DNA from: Microbotryum violaceum
Taxonomy: Eukaryota
DNA length: 64,000 nt
Direction of reading: 5' to 3'
NCBI GenBank assembly: GCA_001244265.2
Contig: CDLV01000005.1
Coordinates: forward strand, 186,001 to 250,000
Numbering within the stretch: the stretch's first letter is position 1; each line of letters begins with the position of its first letter. Both the position numbers and the translations under genes were made by a program. Under the pieces are notes generated by a model. That model did no database searches. It saw only the letters and a list, made by a program, of their open reading frames with translations, and had not been told where the DNA came from. Positions 1 through 11,130 of this stretch are shown piece after piece.

Positions 1-532
1 AGGTCGGCGAGTTGCTTCCCACCGAGTGTGATATCGCCGGGTTGAATCGCGTATTGAATCGACAAGCACCAATCTTGGAAGCCGTGTTCGGTCAGGATGT
101 AAGAATCCGAGTTGCCGGAGATGACGATGTTGATGGGTTCGCCGAGAGAGCCGTTATGGGCCGCGTACTTTTGCGGATCGAGTACATGGATCAGCGTCTG
201 AGTGTATGAGAAGCACAGCAGCCCGACTGCGGACTCTCTCCGGAGTGTCTCATGCGAACGACCTGTGCGCCGCGTTCGGCGTCCCTAGAGCGCCACGCTG
301 CCTGGAGCTGGGGTTCACGGGAACGGCCTCAAGCAACTGCACTCACCGTCAGCCACCTGCCCCCACCATCCTTAACGTCGTAGAATCCCAATCCTTGGTA
401 GCCCTTAGGTTCGCTATCACTGAGCGCGGCCGTGAGGCGAGGCGCGGCGTTGACTGAAAGAGGGCTCAAGCTGACGAGGGCGACAAGGGCCGAGAGGAGG
501 GGTATCGCACGGAAGCGGCTGTTGAGCGCCAT
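1..532 (-). CDS. Secreted-protein family, array copy 1 (exon 1 and part of exon 2; truncated by window edge)
   Basis: ATG at 532. Signal peptide MALNSRFRAIPLLSALVALVSLSPLSVNA, then ...LGFYDVKDGGGRWLT with a GTGAGT donor. Exon 2 reads YAAHNGSLGEPINIVISGNSD. Confidence 0.75.
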
Positions 533-738
533 GCCTTTGTCGAAGCCAAGGATCTGATGACCCTGTTGTGATGTAACTGATTGTGGTATCTGAAGCTGAC
601 CGAGGAAAAGAGAAGGAAGAAACCGGTAGGAGGGAGAAGTGTCTCTGCCGAATGACACGATGTCAGACTTTGTCTTAGAACAAGACTAGTTGCGAAAGAG
701 CGCCAGTTTCGGCATGTCTCCTGTCTACGGAGTGAGAT

Positions 739-980
739 AGGACCCTGGAAAGCTCAGCCGAAGGTGCGTCTCGAAAAACCCCGTTTTTAGGCCGATTTTG
801 TACACCGAATATCCCTATATAAGGGTGTATGTATTCCGGTGTAAAACCAGATTATCGGGTTGTGTTGAAAAAGTTACTCTACCATGAAAAATCACGTCAT
901 GTAGCATATCACAAGGCATAAATGGGCCCGAAAAGTACAGATCTCCGAGACGCACATTGGGCTGAGCTTTCCCGGGTCCT
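739..980. mobile_element. 242-bp MITE with ~35-bp TIRs and 8-bp TSD (hAT-like)
   Basis: Left end AGGACCCTGGAAAGCTCAGCCGAAGGTGCGTCTCG. Right-end reverse complement AGGACCCGGGAAAGCTCAGCCCAATGTGCGTCTCG (3 mismatches). AGTGAGAT flanks both sides (731-738, 981-988). Unit 4 has the empty site (single AATGAGAT at 18238-18245). Confidence 0.9.
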
Positions 981-1079
981 AGTGAGATCTACACGGGCAA
1001 CCCTATGGGGATCCGTTTCTGGTTTCCGTAAGTCCGGCTGGCGGGGCGGGTCGTATGGATTCCGTAGTCTAACAGACTA

Positions 1080-1550
1080 GAATGATCGGAATTACAATCC
1101 ACTTCTCGCCAAATCCCATATTTCGGCATGAGAAACACAACAGACGACCGGTACATGCTCTGAGGTCTTATATAACCTTTTCATCCGTGATATTTGCTGA
1201 CAAGTCGATGTTGTCATGTTTTACAAACTATAAGAAATCCAGCAGGAAAACGCATGCGAGGGTTGACATTCAAAGAAGACGTGTTGAAGGGAATTGCTGC
1301 TTGGTAGTTTCCCATTAGCTCCCGAACAATCCCACACCAAGAGCACAATTCATGAAGTTACTTACTCGAATCCGTAGCTATACTGCATGCTGCAGCCGTT
1401 TCTTTGAGAAAACTTGTCCCGTATTCGTTGTAGAGCTTCCACGATGACCGCTTCAGGTGTCGCGAGCTCGAGGCCAATTTGTCTCGAGCACAGTTCGGGT
1501 CGGCCCACCAGTTCAATGTCCGCATGTTTGTTTGCGCTTGCACCGTGCCG
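1080..1550 (-). mobile_element. Possible decayed non-LTR (LINE) 3-prime fragment; second diverged copy at ~2490-2578
   Basis: An ~85-bp diverged direct repeat lies at 1259-1343 and 2495-2578. The minus strand reads CSWCG and, in another frame, SLQHVFFECQP / SLQHVLFECQP, resembling the CxxC..HxFFEC zinc knuckle of LINE RTs. Frames are broken. Confidence 0.35.
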
Positions 1551-1711
1551 CTGTTAGTATAGGTAGGGTCTAAAAGTCAGGCAAGGACTAATACTTACAG
1601 AGAGATGCAGTACCTCAACTTTCCCCCTAGAAGTCAGCATTGATGATGCAAGCGTCGACGATTTGTGTAGGCGATGACTTGGGAATAACGGGAAGGCATG
1701 GCTTCGGATCC

Positions 1712-2242
1712 TGTGGTACTCGGGATCTCGGGATCCCGTCGCGTGCAGCAAAGTCGGAAATGAGACCCCTGATGTCGGAAATGAGATAGGACTCCTGATC
1801 GTTGTGGAACTCGGGATCCCGTCGCGTGCCGCAAAGTCGGAAATGAGATGGGACTCTTGATCTCGTCGGCTGAATCAGAGTACTCGGGTCACGCGGGCGA
1901 CGGCTAATTCGGTGGTCTCGGGGATCGGGCTGGAGTCGCCTAGTCGGGAAGTGCAGATTCGGCTAACTCGGCCTAGCGCCACATGAGCGGATAAAAGTTC
2001 AGGACGAAGTATGGCGTGATCGGAGGGCCGAGTGTCGGAAAAGAGGAGGAAGCTGGCCCAGAGGGATTGGAGTGTCCTGGCGTCGGAGAGGAGTTTGCTT
2101 CTTGTTCTTAGGAAGACCACTTCTAGGATCCGATACAGCATCTTAGCTGGTTCTCACTTTCTGTGTGTTTCGTTCTCGTACTCGGTCTCGTTTTCCCTTG
2201 TCATTTCATATCATCTTTGATCGACCGCTTTGCTATACCATA
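1712..2242 (+). mobile_element. Solo-LTR-like element, short member (531 bp), termini TGTGGTA...TACCATA, 4-bp TSD ATCC
   Basis: ATCC at 1708-1711 and 2243-2246. Its 3-prime ~150 bp match the element at 2604-3710 in inverted orientation. Internal GGGATCCCGTCG and GTCGGAAATGAGA subrepeats. Confidence 0.8.
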
Positions 2243-2603
2243 ATCCCTGTGATGTTACAGTCGAACCGGTCAGTTAATCATGCTGCCCTGCGCTTTGCTT
2301 TTGAAAGATTGGCACACACCTGCCAGCGCGACTGCCACGGGATGGTGAGCCGCAGTCAGTTTTTCCGCTGTATCACTGACGTCCAATGTCTGTTTTTCGT
2401 AGCAGCTTGTCCGTCATATCTAAGACTGCACAGCCATGTCAAGGGATAACTCACGCATGCAGTGTCACCAGCCGACGGTGAAGAAACGACTCAAGGGTTG
2501 ACATTCAAAGAGGACGTGTTGAAGGGAATTTCTGCTTGATAGTTTTCCATTAGCTTCTGAACAATCCCACACCAAGAGACAGGATGGGGATGAAGGTGGC
2601 CGG

Positions 2604-3710
2604 TATGGTATAGCAAAGCGTTCGATCAAAGATGATATGGAATGATAAGGGAAAACGGTGGAACCGAGACCGAAGACGAGGAAGACGAGAGACGAGAGAC
2701 GACAGACGACAGACGACAGACGAGAGAGAGAGCGACAGGAACGGCCGAGAGACGAGACGATGAAGGGGCCCAAACCGAGAAACGAGACCGAGAACGAGAA
2801 CAAAACGCTGAGACTGGAGACTGGAGACGAGAGACGAGGCCGAACGAGACTTGAAACACGCAGAAAGGAAGAACCAGCTAAGCTGCTGTATTGGATCCTA
2901 GAAGTGGTCTACCTAAAAACAAGAAGCAAACTCTCCTCAAACGTTCCGACCATTCAAACCGCTGCGCTCCTTTCATTCCCCTTCATCCCTTCAACCGCGC
3001 ATCCGGCCCCACTCAAATCCCGCCACATGATTCGTCGCTGAAAGTCAAGCCTCGAGTCACCGAAGTACTGAGTTTATCCGGGACCGCTGAACCGCTGAGA
3101 AATCTGCCAAAACCGGCGTTTTGGCCCTGCCCGGACTAGGGAAACTGAAACGACTCCCGATTCGGCTCTCGAAACGACTTCGGAACTCGACCCTGCTTCA
3201 ACCGAAACGACTTCGGAACTCGACGCTGCTTCGATCGAAACATTCCGCTACAGCCGCTGCTTCCGACGGAATCCCGAGTGTCAAGGATAGCTGGTTTCAC
3301 CGTCCTCATCCGATTACAACATCTAAGTTGGTTCTTGGGATTGAGCCCAACGTGCCTTCATTTGGCCCGTTGGTATCTCAATCTCCCAGCTCTAATTGTC
3401 TCCTTAGTTCCTCTATTATTGCAGCGCTTTACTAGTTAGCCTTCCGCAAGTCTGTCCCCTAGTCTCTGGCCACTCTGTTCTTGTCCCTGTTCATTGGACT
3501 GAGTCGTGGTCATCATCAGATTCCACTAGAGAACAAACCGTGAAACCGAGTACCACAGACCCCGCTAAAATGACGCGATCCCGCTACAACCGAAATGACT
3601 CCTGACGGATCCCGCTATGTCCGAAATGACTCCGACGGGATCCCGAGACAACCTGAACCCGGCCCGCTATGTCGGAAATGTCTCCGACGGGATCCCGGGT
3701 ACATACCACA
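2604..3710 (-). mobile_element. Solo-LTR-like element, long member (1107 bp), TGTGGTA...TACCATA, 4-bp TSD CCGG, inserted in an MFS transporter exon
   Basis: CCGG at 2600-2603 and 3711-3714. Removing the element restores the MFS codons CKIAGP-ATFIP on the minus strand. Contains (GACGAGA/GACGACA)n, a 33-bp tandem at 3170-3240 and CCGAAATGACTCC repeats. Confidence 0.85.
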
Positions 3711-4255
3711 CCGGTCCGGCGATCTTGCACACGTAGTTGGAGGGGAACTAAATATCTCAAAGGTCATATAGACCGAGCTCAACAAGATGTTGTAGTCGTA
3801 TGTTCCGGTCATGTTGAGGTCAGCCTCGAGACCAGCGAGGCGCGCACTGCAGGACAAGGTCCCGAAAGATGTGAGTACCGAGATTAGAATTTCAAACTCC
3901 CTGAGCAATCCACACACATGCCAATGTTTGTTCGATCGTTGACGCTATGCTGTCTTGGTAGTAGATCAGAGAGCAGACCGAACTCTTTTCGGGCACTCAC
4001 CAAAGCAGGTGATGGATGGCCACGGTGAAGATCAAGCTTCCACCGAAGTTCCGCTTCCGCCTTTTCATCGGCGGCAATCAACGAGTTTACGTGAATATCT
4101 GTCGCCTCAAGTCCCTCCAGTGCAATCGAGTGGACTTTGAGCGTGAATGGAGACGGTACGGATGTTAGTATCTCTTTGGTAGGGTTCGTGACTGGCCGTC
4201 GCGAATGCTCGCTCACCTTTATGGAGTTGCAGCTTGTCCGATCAATGATCATCAC
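3711..4255 (-). pseudogene. 5-prime fragment of Dal5/allantoate-family MFS transporter (array copy 1; also 9532-10075 and 15355-15899)
   Basis: Motifs LRWKLDLH, DRTNIG and ARLAGLEADLNMTGTYDYNILLS, with broken frames. Nearly identical to 25518-26062. Confidence 0.8.
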
Positions 4256-4293
4256 TGCGATAACTCGGAAGCGGTGTCTAAATCGCTAGTAAT

Positions 4294-4611
4294 GACCGTG
4301 CATCAGCTTGCGTCGTCTTTTACGAATTTTCGGAGTCGGTGTCTCACGAGATCATGAAACCCAGGCAGAGGTGAGGGCTGGCCGCTAAAAACCAATTGAA
4401 ACTCGTTCTCATACTTGGATAAGCCCGTCGCCTCGGAACTCATCTCCGAGCTTCGTGGCAACGGCTCGAGCTCGAGGAAGGCTCTTGGTGCTCAAACGGC
4501 AGGGCCACTACCATCTAGCTCAATATTTTCATCGTGGCCAACCCAACATAGATCGTCACTCTAGGCTGTAGCTTGCTCGTTCTTGATCGCGCATCGCCGC
4601 TGTCGGCGCAA
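4294..4611 (+). pseudogene. Degenerate copy of the upstream region and first codons of the GTP cyclohydrolase I gene (also 10114-10431, 15938-16255, 26101-26418)
   Basis: Colinear similarity to 31487-31821: GACCGTGCATCAGCT, AGATCATGAA.CCCAGGCAGAGG, GGATAAGCCCGTC, TCGAGCTCGAGGAAGGCTC, TGTCGGCGCAA. The ATG has become GTG and is followed by an in-frame TAG. Confidence 0.85.
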
Positions 4612-4619
4612 CTGAATTT

Positions 4620-5038
4620 AACCGTGGCTGCAGTGAGTATCTTGACTCCTGTCTCTGCGGAAATGCCGGGTATTGATCGCATTGCCTCCATTCCTTCAAG
4701 CTACGTTCCTGTCAAAGTCGACTATACCGACCTCATTCCAATCATGGCCTTCTTTATGGGCGACCTCGAGGGACGCGGGGCGCATGATTACTTGGGCGAG
4801 CGGATAGCTACACGGGGCCGGCTCTGGACCGAAATGTATTGGCGGTACGAGGATATGCAAGCGTGTGAGTTCCACCTTCCCCTCACTTCAAGAAGAGCCC
4901 GGAAATCTGAAAAGTGGGTTCACTGATCATCTCAAGATGCGGCTGGCAGACTTCCTGCGCTTGGTACTCGAGTACGGACGAGTCTCGAGCAAAGAGTATC
5001 CGACCGACACGCGATTCGATTATATTGCTTCAGTATAG
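4620..5038 (+). pseudogene. 3-prime fragment (last two exons, introns retained) of a GT90/CAP10-like glycosyltransferase (also 10440-10858, 16264-16682)
   Basis: Spliced translation PWLH|YVPVKVDYTDLIPIMAFFMGDLEGRGAHDYLGERIATRGRLWTEMYWRYEDMQAY|FLRLVLEYGRVSS...ASV* matches the GT90 C-terminal pattern. No 5-prime exons are present. Confidence 0.8.
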
Positions 5039-5310
5039 GCGGAGACATCGTGGGGTTTATCTTTTATCCGTATTTGCTTTTGATTGTCTTGCAATCAAGT
5101 GTGTATCGCAGTAGCCTACCGTTGTCAAAGCCAGGTATCCCCTTTCGGGAAAGAGCAATCTGCACGGTATTGCAAGGATGTGAACATCTCCAGGTATAGA
5201 ATCAGATGGCTACGAAAATTATATGGTTTCGAAAACGTCCTGCTAGTGCTGTACTGGGGGTAGGCAAGAGCTACTACGTGCGCTTGGAAGCCAGGCCCCC
5301 TTTACCCTTC

Positions 5311-6355
5311 TCATTCACCCCGGAGCACGTTCACGGTCACTATCGAAACATTACCGTCGGTACGGATGGAGTGGTTGATTCCATGTTTCTTGTGGGGGGT
5401 AAGAACGTGAGGTTTTGACTCGTCGCGAAGAACCTTATCTGGGAGGCAGGAGAGACCGTTCCGTTGTGGGACGTTGCGTTGCCTACGAATTCGTCCCGAC
5501 CACGATCGTATCCGTTGGGTACAATATTGTGTCCCTCGCCAAGCGATTTCTCGACCGAGGCGGCGAGGAACCAAGCACTGGAGTTTGCCTTGGGGCCGTT
5601 CTGTTGCCAGTAACGAAAATGCGGGCCACCTTTAACGATCTCCGTCCATGTGCCAAGCTGGAGGTCAAAGTAATCGTATCGAAGCAGGTCGGTTTGATTA
5701 TCTAATCGTACCAATAAACATTAGCATGGCTGGGAATGCAAGAGGTCCCGGCTCTGGAACCCCCTGATTGACACCTTACGACGTCCAACGACCGCACTCA
5801 CGTGGTCCGTTCCCATCGCCGAGGTCGGCGAGTTGCTTCCCACCGAGTGTGATATCGCCGGGTTGAATCGCGTATTGAATCGACAAGCACCAATCTTGGA
5901 AGCCGTGTTCGGTCAGGATGTAAGAATCCGAGTTGCCGGAGATGACGATGTTGATGGGTTCGCCGAGAGAGCCGTTATGGGCCGCGTACTTTTGCGGATC
6001 GAGTACATGGATCAGCGTCTGAGTGTATGAGAAGCACAGCAGCCCGACTGCGGACTCTCTCCGGAGTGTCTCATGCGAACGACCTGTGCGCCGCGTTCGG
6101 CGTCCCTAGAGCGCCACGCTGCCTGGAGCTGGGGTTCACGGGAACGGCCTCAAGCAACTGCACTCACCGTCAGCCACCTGCCCCCACCATCCTTAACGTC
6201 GTAGAATCCCAATCCTTGGTAGCCCTTAGGTTCGCTATCACTGAGCGCGGCCGTGGGGGAGGAGGCGCGGCGTTGACTGAAAGAGGGCTCAAGCTGACGA
6301 GGGCGACAAGGGCCGAGAGGAGGGGTATCGCACGGAAGCGGCTGTTGAGCGCCAT
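5311..6355 (-). CDS. Secreted-protein family, array copy 2 (3 exons; two 1-bp homopolymer frameshifts as sequenced; no GPI exon)
   Basis: Signal peptide, then GEPINIVISGNSD, LADLGDGNGP, HFRYWQQNGPKANSSAWFLAASVEKSLGEGHNIVPNGYDRGRDEFVGNAT, ending GINHSIRTDGNVSIVTVNVLRGE*. Frameshifts at G5 6255-6259 and G6 5394-5399. Confidence 0.75.
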
Positions 6356-6559
6356 GCCTTTGTCGAAGCCAAGGATCTGATGACCCTGTTGTGATGTAAC
6401 TGATTGTGGTATCTGAAGCTGGCCGAGGAAAAGAGAAGGAAGAAACCGGTAGGAGGGAGAAGTGTCTGCCGAATGACAAGCTCTTAGATTCGTCTTTGAA
6501 CAAGACTAGTTGCGGAAAGAGCGTCAGTTTCGGCATGTCTCCTGTCTACGGAGTGAGAT

Positions 6560-6801
6560 AGGACCCTGGAAAGCTCAGCCGAAGGTGCGTCTCGAAAAAC
6601 CCCGTTTTTAGGCCGATTTTGTACACCGAATATCCCTATATAAGGGTGTATGTATTCCGGTGTAAAACCAGATTATCGGGTTGTGTTGAAAAAGTTACTC
6701 TACCATGAAAAATCACGTCATGTAGCATATCACAAGGCATAAATGGGCCCGAAAAGTACAGATCTCCGAGACGCACATTGGGCTGAGCTTTCCCGGGTCC
6801 T
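6560..6801. mobile_element. MITE, array copy 2
   Basis: Matches 739-980, with AGTGAGAT TSD. Confidence 0.9.
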
Positions 6802-7532
6802 AGTGAGATCTACACGGGCAACCCTATGGGGATCCGTTTCTGGTTTCCGTAAGTCCGGCTGGCGGGGCGGGTCGTATGGATTCCGTAGTCTAACAGACTA
6901 GAATGATCGGAATTACAATCCACTTCTCGCCAAATCCCATATTTCGGCATGAGAAACACAACAGACGACCGGTACATGCTCTGAGGTCTTATATAACCTT
7001 TTCATCCGTGATATTTGCTGACAAGTCGATGTTGTCATGTTTTACAAACTATAAGAAATCCAGCAGGAAAACGCATGCGAGGGTTGACATTCAAAGAAGA
7101 CGTGTTGAAGGGAATTGCTGCTTGGTAGTTTCCCATTAGCTCCCGAACAATCCCACACCAAGAGCACAATTCATGAAGTTACTTACTCGAATCCGTAGCT
7201 ATACTGCATGCTGCAGCCGTTTCTTTGAGAAAACTTGTCCCGTATTCGTTGTAGAGCTTCCACGATGACCGCTTCAGGTGTCGCGAGCTCGAGGCCAATT
7301 TGTCTCGAGCACAGTTCGGGTCGGCCCACCAGTTCAATGTCCGCATGTTTGTTTGCGCTTGCACCGTGCCGCTGTTAGTATAGGTAGGGTCTAAAAGTCA
7401 GGCAAGGACTAATACTTACAGAGAGATGCAGTACCTCAACTTTCCCCCTAGAAGTCAGCATTGATGATGCAAGCGTCGACGATTTGTGTAGGCGATGACT
7501 TGGGAATAACGGGAAGGCATGGCTTCGGATCC

Positions 7533-8063
7533 TGTGGTACTCGGGATCTCGGGATCCCGTCGCGTGCAGCAAAGTCGGAAATGAGACCCCTGATGTCGGA
7601 AATGAGATAGGACTCCTGATCGTTGTGGAACTCGGGATCCCGTCGCGTGCCGCAAAGTCGGAAATGAGATGGGACTCTTGATCTCGTCGGCTGAATCAGA
7701 GTACTCGGGTCACGCGGGCGACGGCTAATTCGGTGGTCTCGGGGATCGGGCTGGAGTCGCCTAGTCGGGAAGTGCAGATTCGGCTAACTCGGCCTAGCGC
7801 CACATGAGCGGATAAAAGTTCAGGACGAAGTATGGCGTGATCGGAGGGCCGAGTGTCGGAAAAGAGGAGGAAGCTGGCCCAGAGGGATTGGAGTGTCCTG
7901 GCGTCGGAGAGGAGTTTGCTTCTTGTTCTTAGGAAGACCACTTCTAGGATCCGATACAGCATCTTAGCTGGTTCTCACTTTCTGTGTGTTTCGTTCTCGT
8001 ACTCGGTCTCGTTTTCCCTTGTCATTTCATATCATCTTTGATCGACCGCTTTGCTATACCATA
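7533..8063 (+). mobile_element. Solo-LTR-like short element, array copy 2
   Basis: Matches 1712-2242, TSD ATCC. Confidence 0.8.
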
Positions 8064-8424
8064 ATCCCTGTGATGTTACAGTCGAACCGGTCAGTTAATC
8101 ATGCTGCCCTGCGCTTTGCTTTTGAAAGATTGGCACACACCTGCCAGCGCGACTGCCACGGGATGGTGAGCCGCAGTCAGTTTTTCCGCTGTATCACTGA
8201 CGTCCAATGTCTGTTTTTCGTAGCAGCTTGTCCGTCATATCTAAGACTGCACAGCCATGTCAAGGGATAACTCACGCATGCAGTGTCACCAGCCGACGGT
8301 GAAGAAACGACTCAAGGGTTGACATTCAAAGAGGACGTGTTGAAGGGAATTTCTGCTTGATAGTTTTCCATTAGCTTCTGAACAATCCCACACCAAGAGA
8401 CAGGATGGGGATGAAGGTGGCCGG

Positions 8425-9531
8425 TATGGTATAGCAAAGCGTTCGATCAAAGATGATATGGAATGATAAGGGAAAACGGTGGAACCGAGACCGAAGACGA
8501 GGAAGACGAGAGACGAGAGACGACAGACGACAGACGACAGACGAGAGAGAGAGCGACAGGAACGGCCGAGAGACGAGACGATGAAGGGGCCCAAACCGAG
8601 AAACGAGACCGAGAACGAGAACAAAACGCTGAGACTGGAGACTGGAGACGAGAGACGAGGCCGAACGAGACTTGAAACACGCAGAAAGGAAGAACCAGCT
8701 AAGCTGCTGTATTGGATCCTAGAAGTGGTCTACCTAAAAACAAGAAGCAAACTCTCCTCAAACGTTCCGACCATTCAAACCGCTGCGCTCCTTTCATTCC
8801 CCTTCATCCCTTCAACCGCGCATCCGGCCCCACTCAAATCCCGCCACATGATTCGTCGCTGAAAGTCAAGCCTCGAGTCACCGAAGTACTGAGTTTATCC
8901 GGGACCGCTGAACCGCTGAGAAATCTGCCAAAACCGGCGTTTTGGCCCTGCCCGGACTAGGGAAACTGAAACGACTCCCGATTCGGCTCTCGAAACGACT
9001 TCGGAACTCGACCCTGCTTCAACCGAAACGACTTCGGAACTCGACGCTGCTTCGATCGAAACATTCCGCTACAGCCGCTGCTTCCGACGGAATCCCGAGT
9101 GTCAAGGATAGCTGGTTTCACCGTCCTCATCCGATTACAACATCTAAGTTGGTTCTTGGGATTGAGCCCAACGTGCCTTCATTTGGCCCGTTGGTATCTC
9201 AATCTCCCAGCTCTAATTGTCTCCTTAGTTCCTCTATTATTGCAGCGCTTTACTAGTTAGCCTTCCGCAAGTCTGTCCCCTAGTCTCTGGCCACTCTGTT
9301 CTTGTCCCTGTTCATTGGACTGAGTCGTGGTCATCATCAGATTCCACTAGAGAACAAACCGTGAAACCGAGTACCACAGACCCCGCTAAAATGACGCGAT
9401 CCCGCTACAACCGAAATGACTCCTGACGGATCCCGCTATGTCCGAAATGACTCCGACGGGATCCCGAGACAACCTGAACCCGGCCCGCTATGTCGGAAAT
9501 GTCTCCGACGGGATCCCGGGTACATACCACA
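8425..9531 (-). mobile_element. Solo-LTR-like long element, array copy 2
   Basis: Matches 2604-3710, TSD CCGG. Confidence 0.85.
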
Positions 9532-11130
9532 CCGGTCCGGCGATCTTGCACACGTAGTTGGAGGGGAACTAAATATCTCAAAGGTCATATAGACCGAGCT
9601 CAACAAGATGTTGTAGTCGTATGTTCCGGTCATGTTGAGGTCAGCCTCGAGACCAGCGAGGCGCGCACTGCAGGACAAGGTCCCGAAAGATGTGAGTACC
9701 GAGATTAGAATTTCAAACTCCCTGAGCAATCCACACACATGCCAATGTTTGTTCGATCGTTGACGCTATGCTGTCTTGGTAGTAGATCAGAGAGCAGACC
9801 GAACTCTTTTCGGGCACTCACCAAAGCAGGTGATGGATGGCCACGGTGAAGATCAAGCTTCCACCGAAGTTCCGCTTCCGCCTTTTCATCGGCGGCAATC
9901 AACGAGTTTACGTGAATATCGTCGCCTCAAGTCCCTCCAGTGCAATCGAGTGGACTTTGAGCGTGAATGGAGACGGTACGGATGTTAGTATCTCTTTGGT
10001 AGGGTTCGTGACTGGCCGTCGCGAATGCTCGCTCACCTTTATGGAGTTGCAGCTTGTCCGATCAATGATCATCACTGCGATAACTCGGAAGCGGTGTCTA
10101 AATCGCTAGTAATGACCGTGCATCAGCTTGCGTCGTCTTTTACGAATTTTCGGAGTCGGTGTCTCACGAGATCATGAAACCCAGGCAGAGGTGAGGGCTG
10201 GCCGCTAAAAACCAATTGAAACTCGTTCTCATACTTGGATAAGCCCGTCGCCTCGGAACTCATCTCCGAGCTTCGTGGCAACGGCTCGAGCTCGAGGAAG
10301 GCTCTTGGTGCTCAAACGGCAGGGCCACTACCATCTAGCTCAATATTTTCATCGTGGCCAACCCAACATAGATCGTCACTCTAGGCTGTAGCTTGCTCGT
10401 TCTTGATCGCGCATCGCCGCTGTCGGCGCAACTGAATTTAACCGTGGCTGCAGTGAGTATCTTGACTCCTGTCTCTGCGGAAATGCCGGGTATTGATCGC
10501 ATTGCCTCCATTCCTTCAAGCTACGTTCCTGTCAAAGTCGACTATACCGACCTCATTCCAATCATGGCCTTCTTTATGGGCGACCTCGAGGGACGCGGGG
10601 CGCATGATTACTTGGGCGAGCGGATAGCTACACGGGGCCGGCTCTGGACCGAAATGTATTGGCGGTACGAGGATATGCAAGCGTGTGAGTTCCACCTTCC
10701 CCTCACTTCAAGAAGAGCCCGGAAATCTGAAAAGTGGGTTCACTGATCATCTCAAGATGCGGCTGGCAGACTTCCTGCGCTTGGTACTCGAGTACGGACG
10801 AGTCTCGAGCAAAGAGTATCCGACCGACACGCGATTCGATTATATTGCTTCAGTATAGGCGGAGACATCGTGGGGTTTATCTTTTATCCGTATTTGCTTT
10901 TGATTGTCTTGCAATCAAGTGTGTATCGCAGTAGCCTACCGTTGTCAAAGCCAGGTATCCCCTTTCGGGAAAGAGCAATCTGCACGGTATTGCAAGGATG
11001 TGAACATCTCCAGGTATAGAATCAGATGGCTACGAAAATTATATGGTTTCGAAAACGTCCTGCTAGTGCTGTACTGGGGGTAGGCAAGAGCTACTACGTG
11101 CGCTTGGAAGCCAGGCCCCCTTTACCCTTC

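Noticed and set aside
1552-2240. Alternative TG...CA LTR boundaries (TGTTAGTATAG...CTATACCA)
   Set aside because: No target-site duplication at these ends; the 1712-2242 boundaries have an ATCC TSD and match the sister element.
2465-3435. Arg/Glu/Thr-rich and Ser/Leu-rich ORFs (e.g. MEPRPKTRKTRDERR...)
   Set aside because: These are translations of short tandem repeats inside the solo-LTR-like element, not genes.
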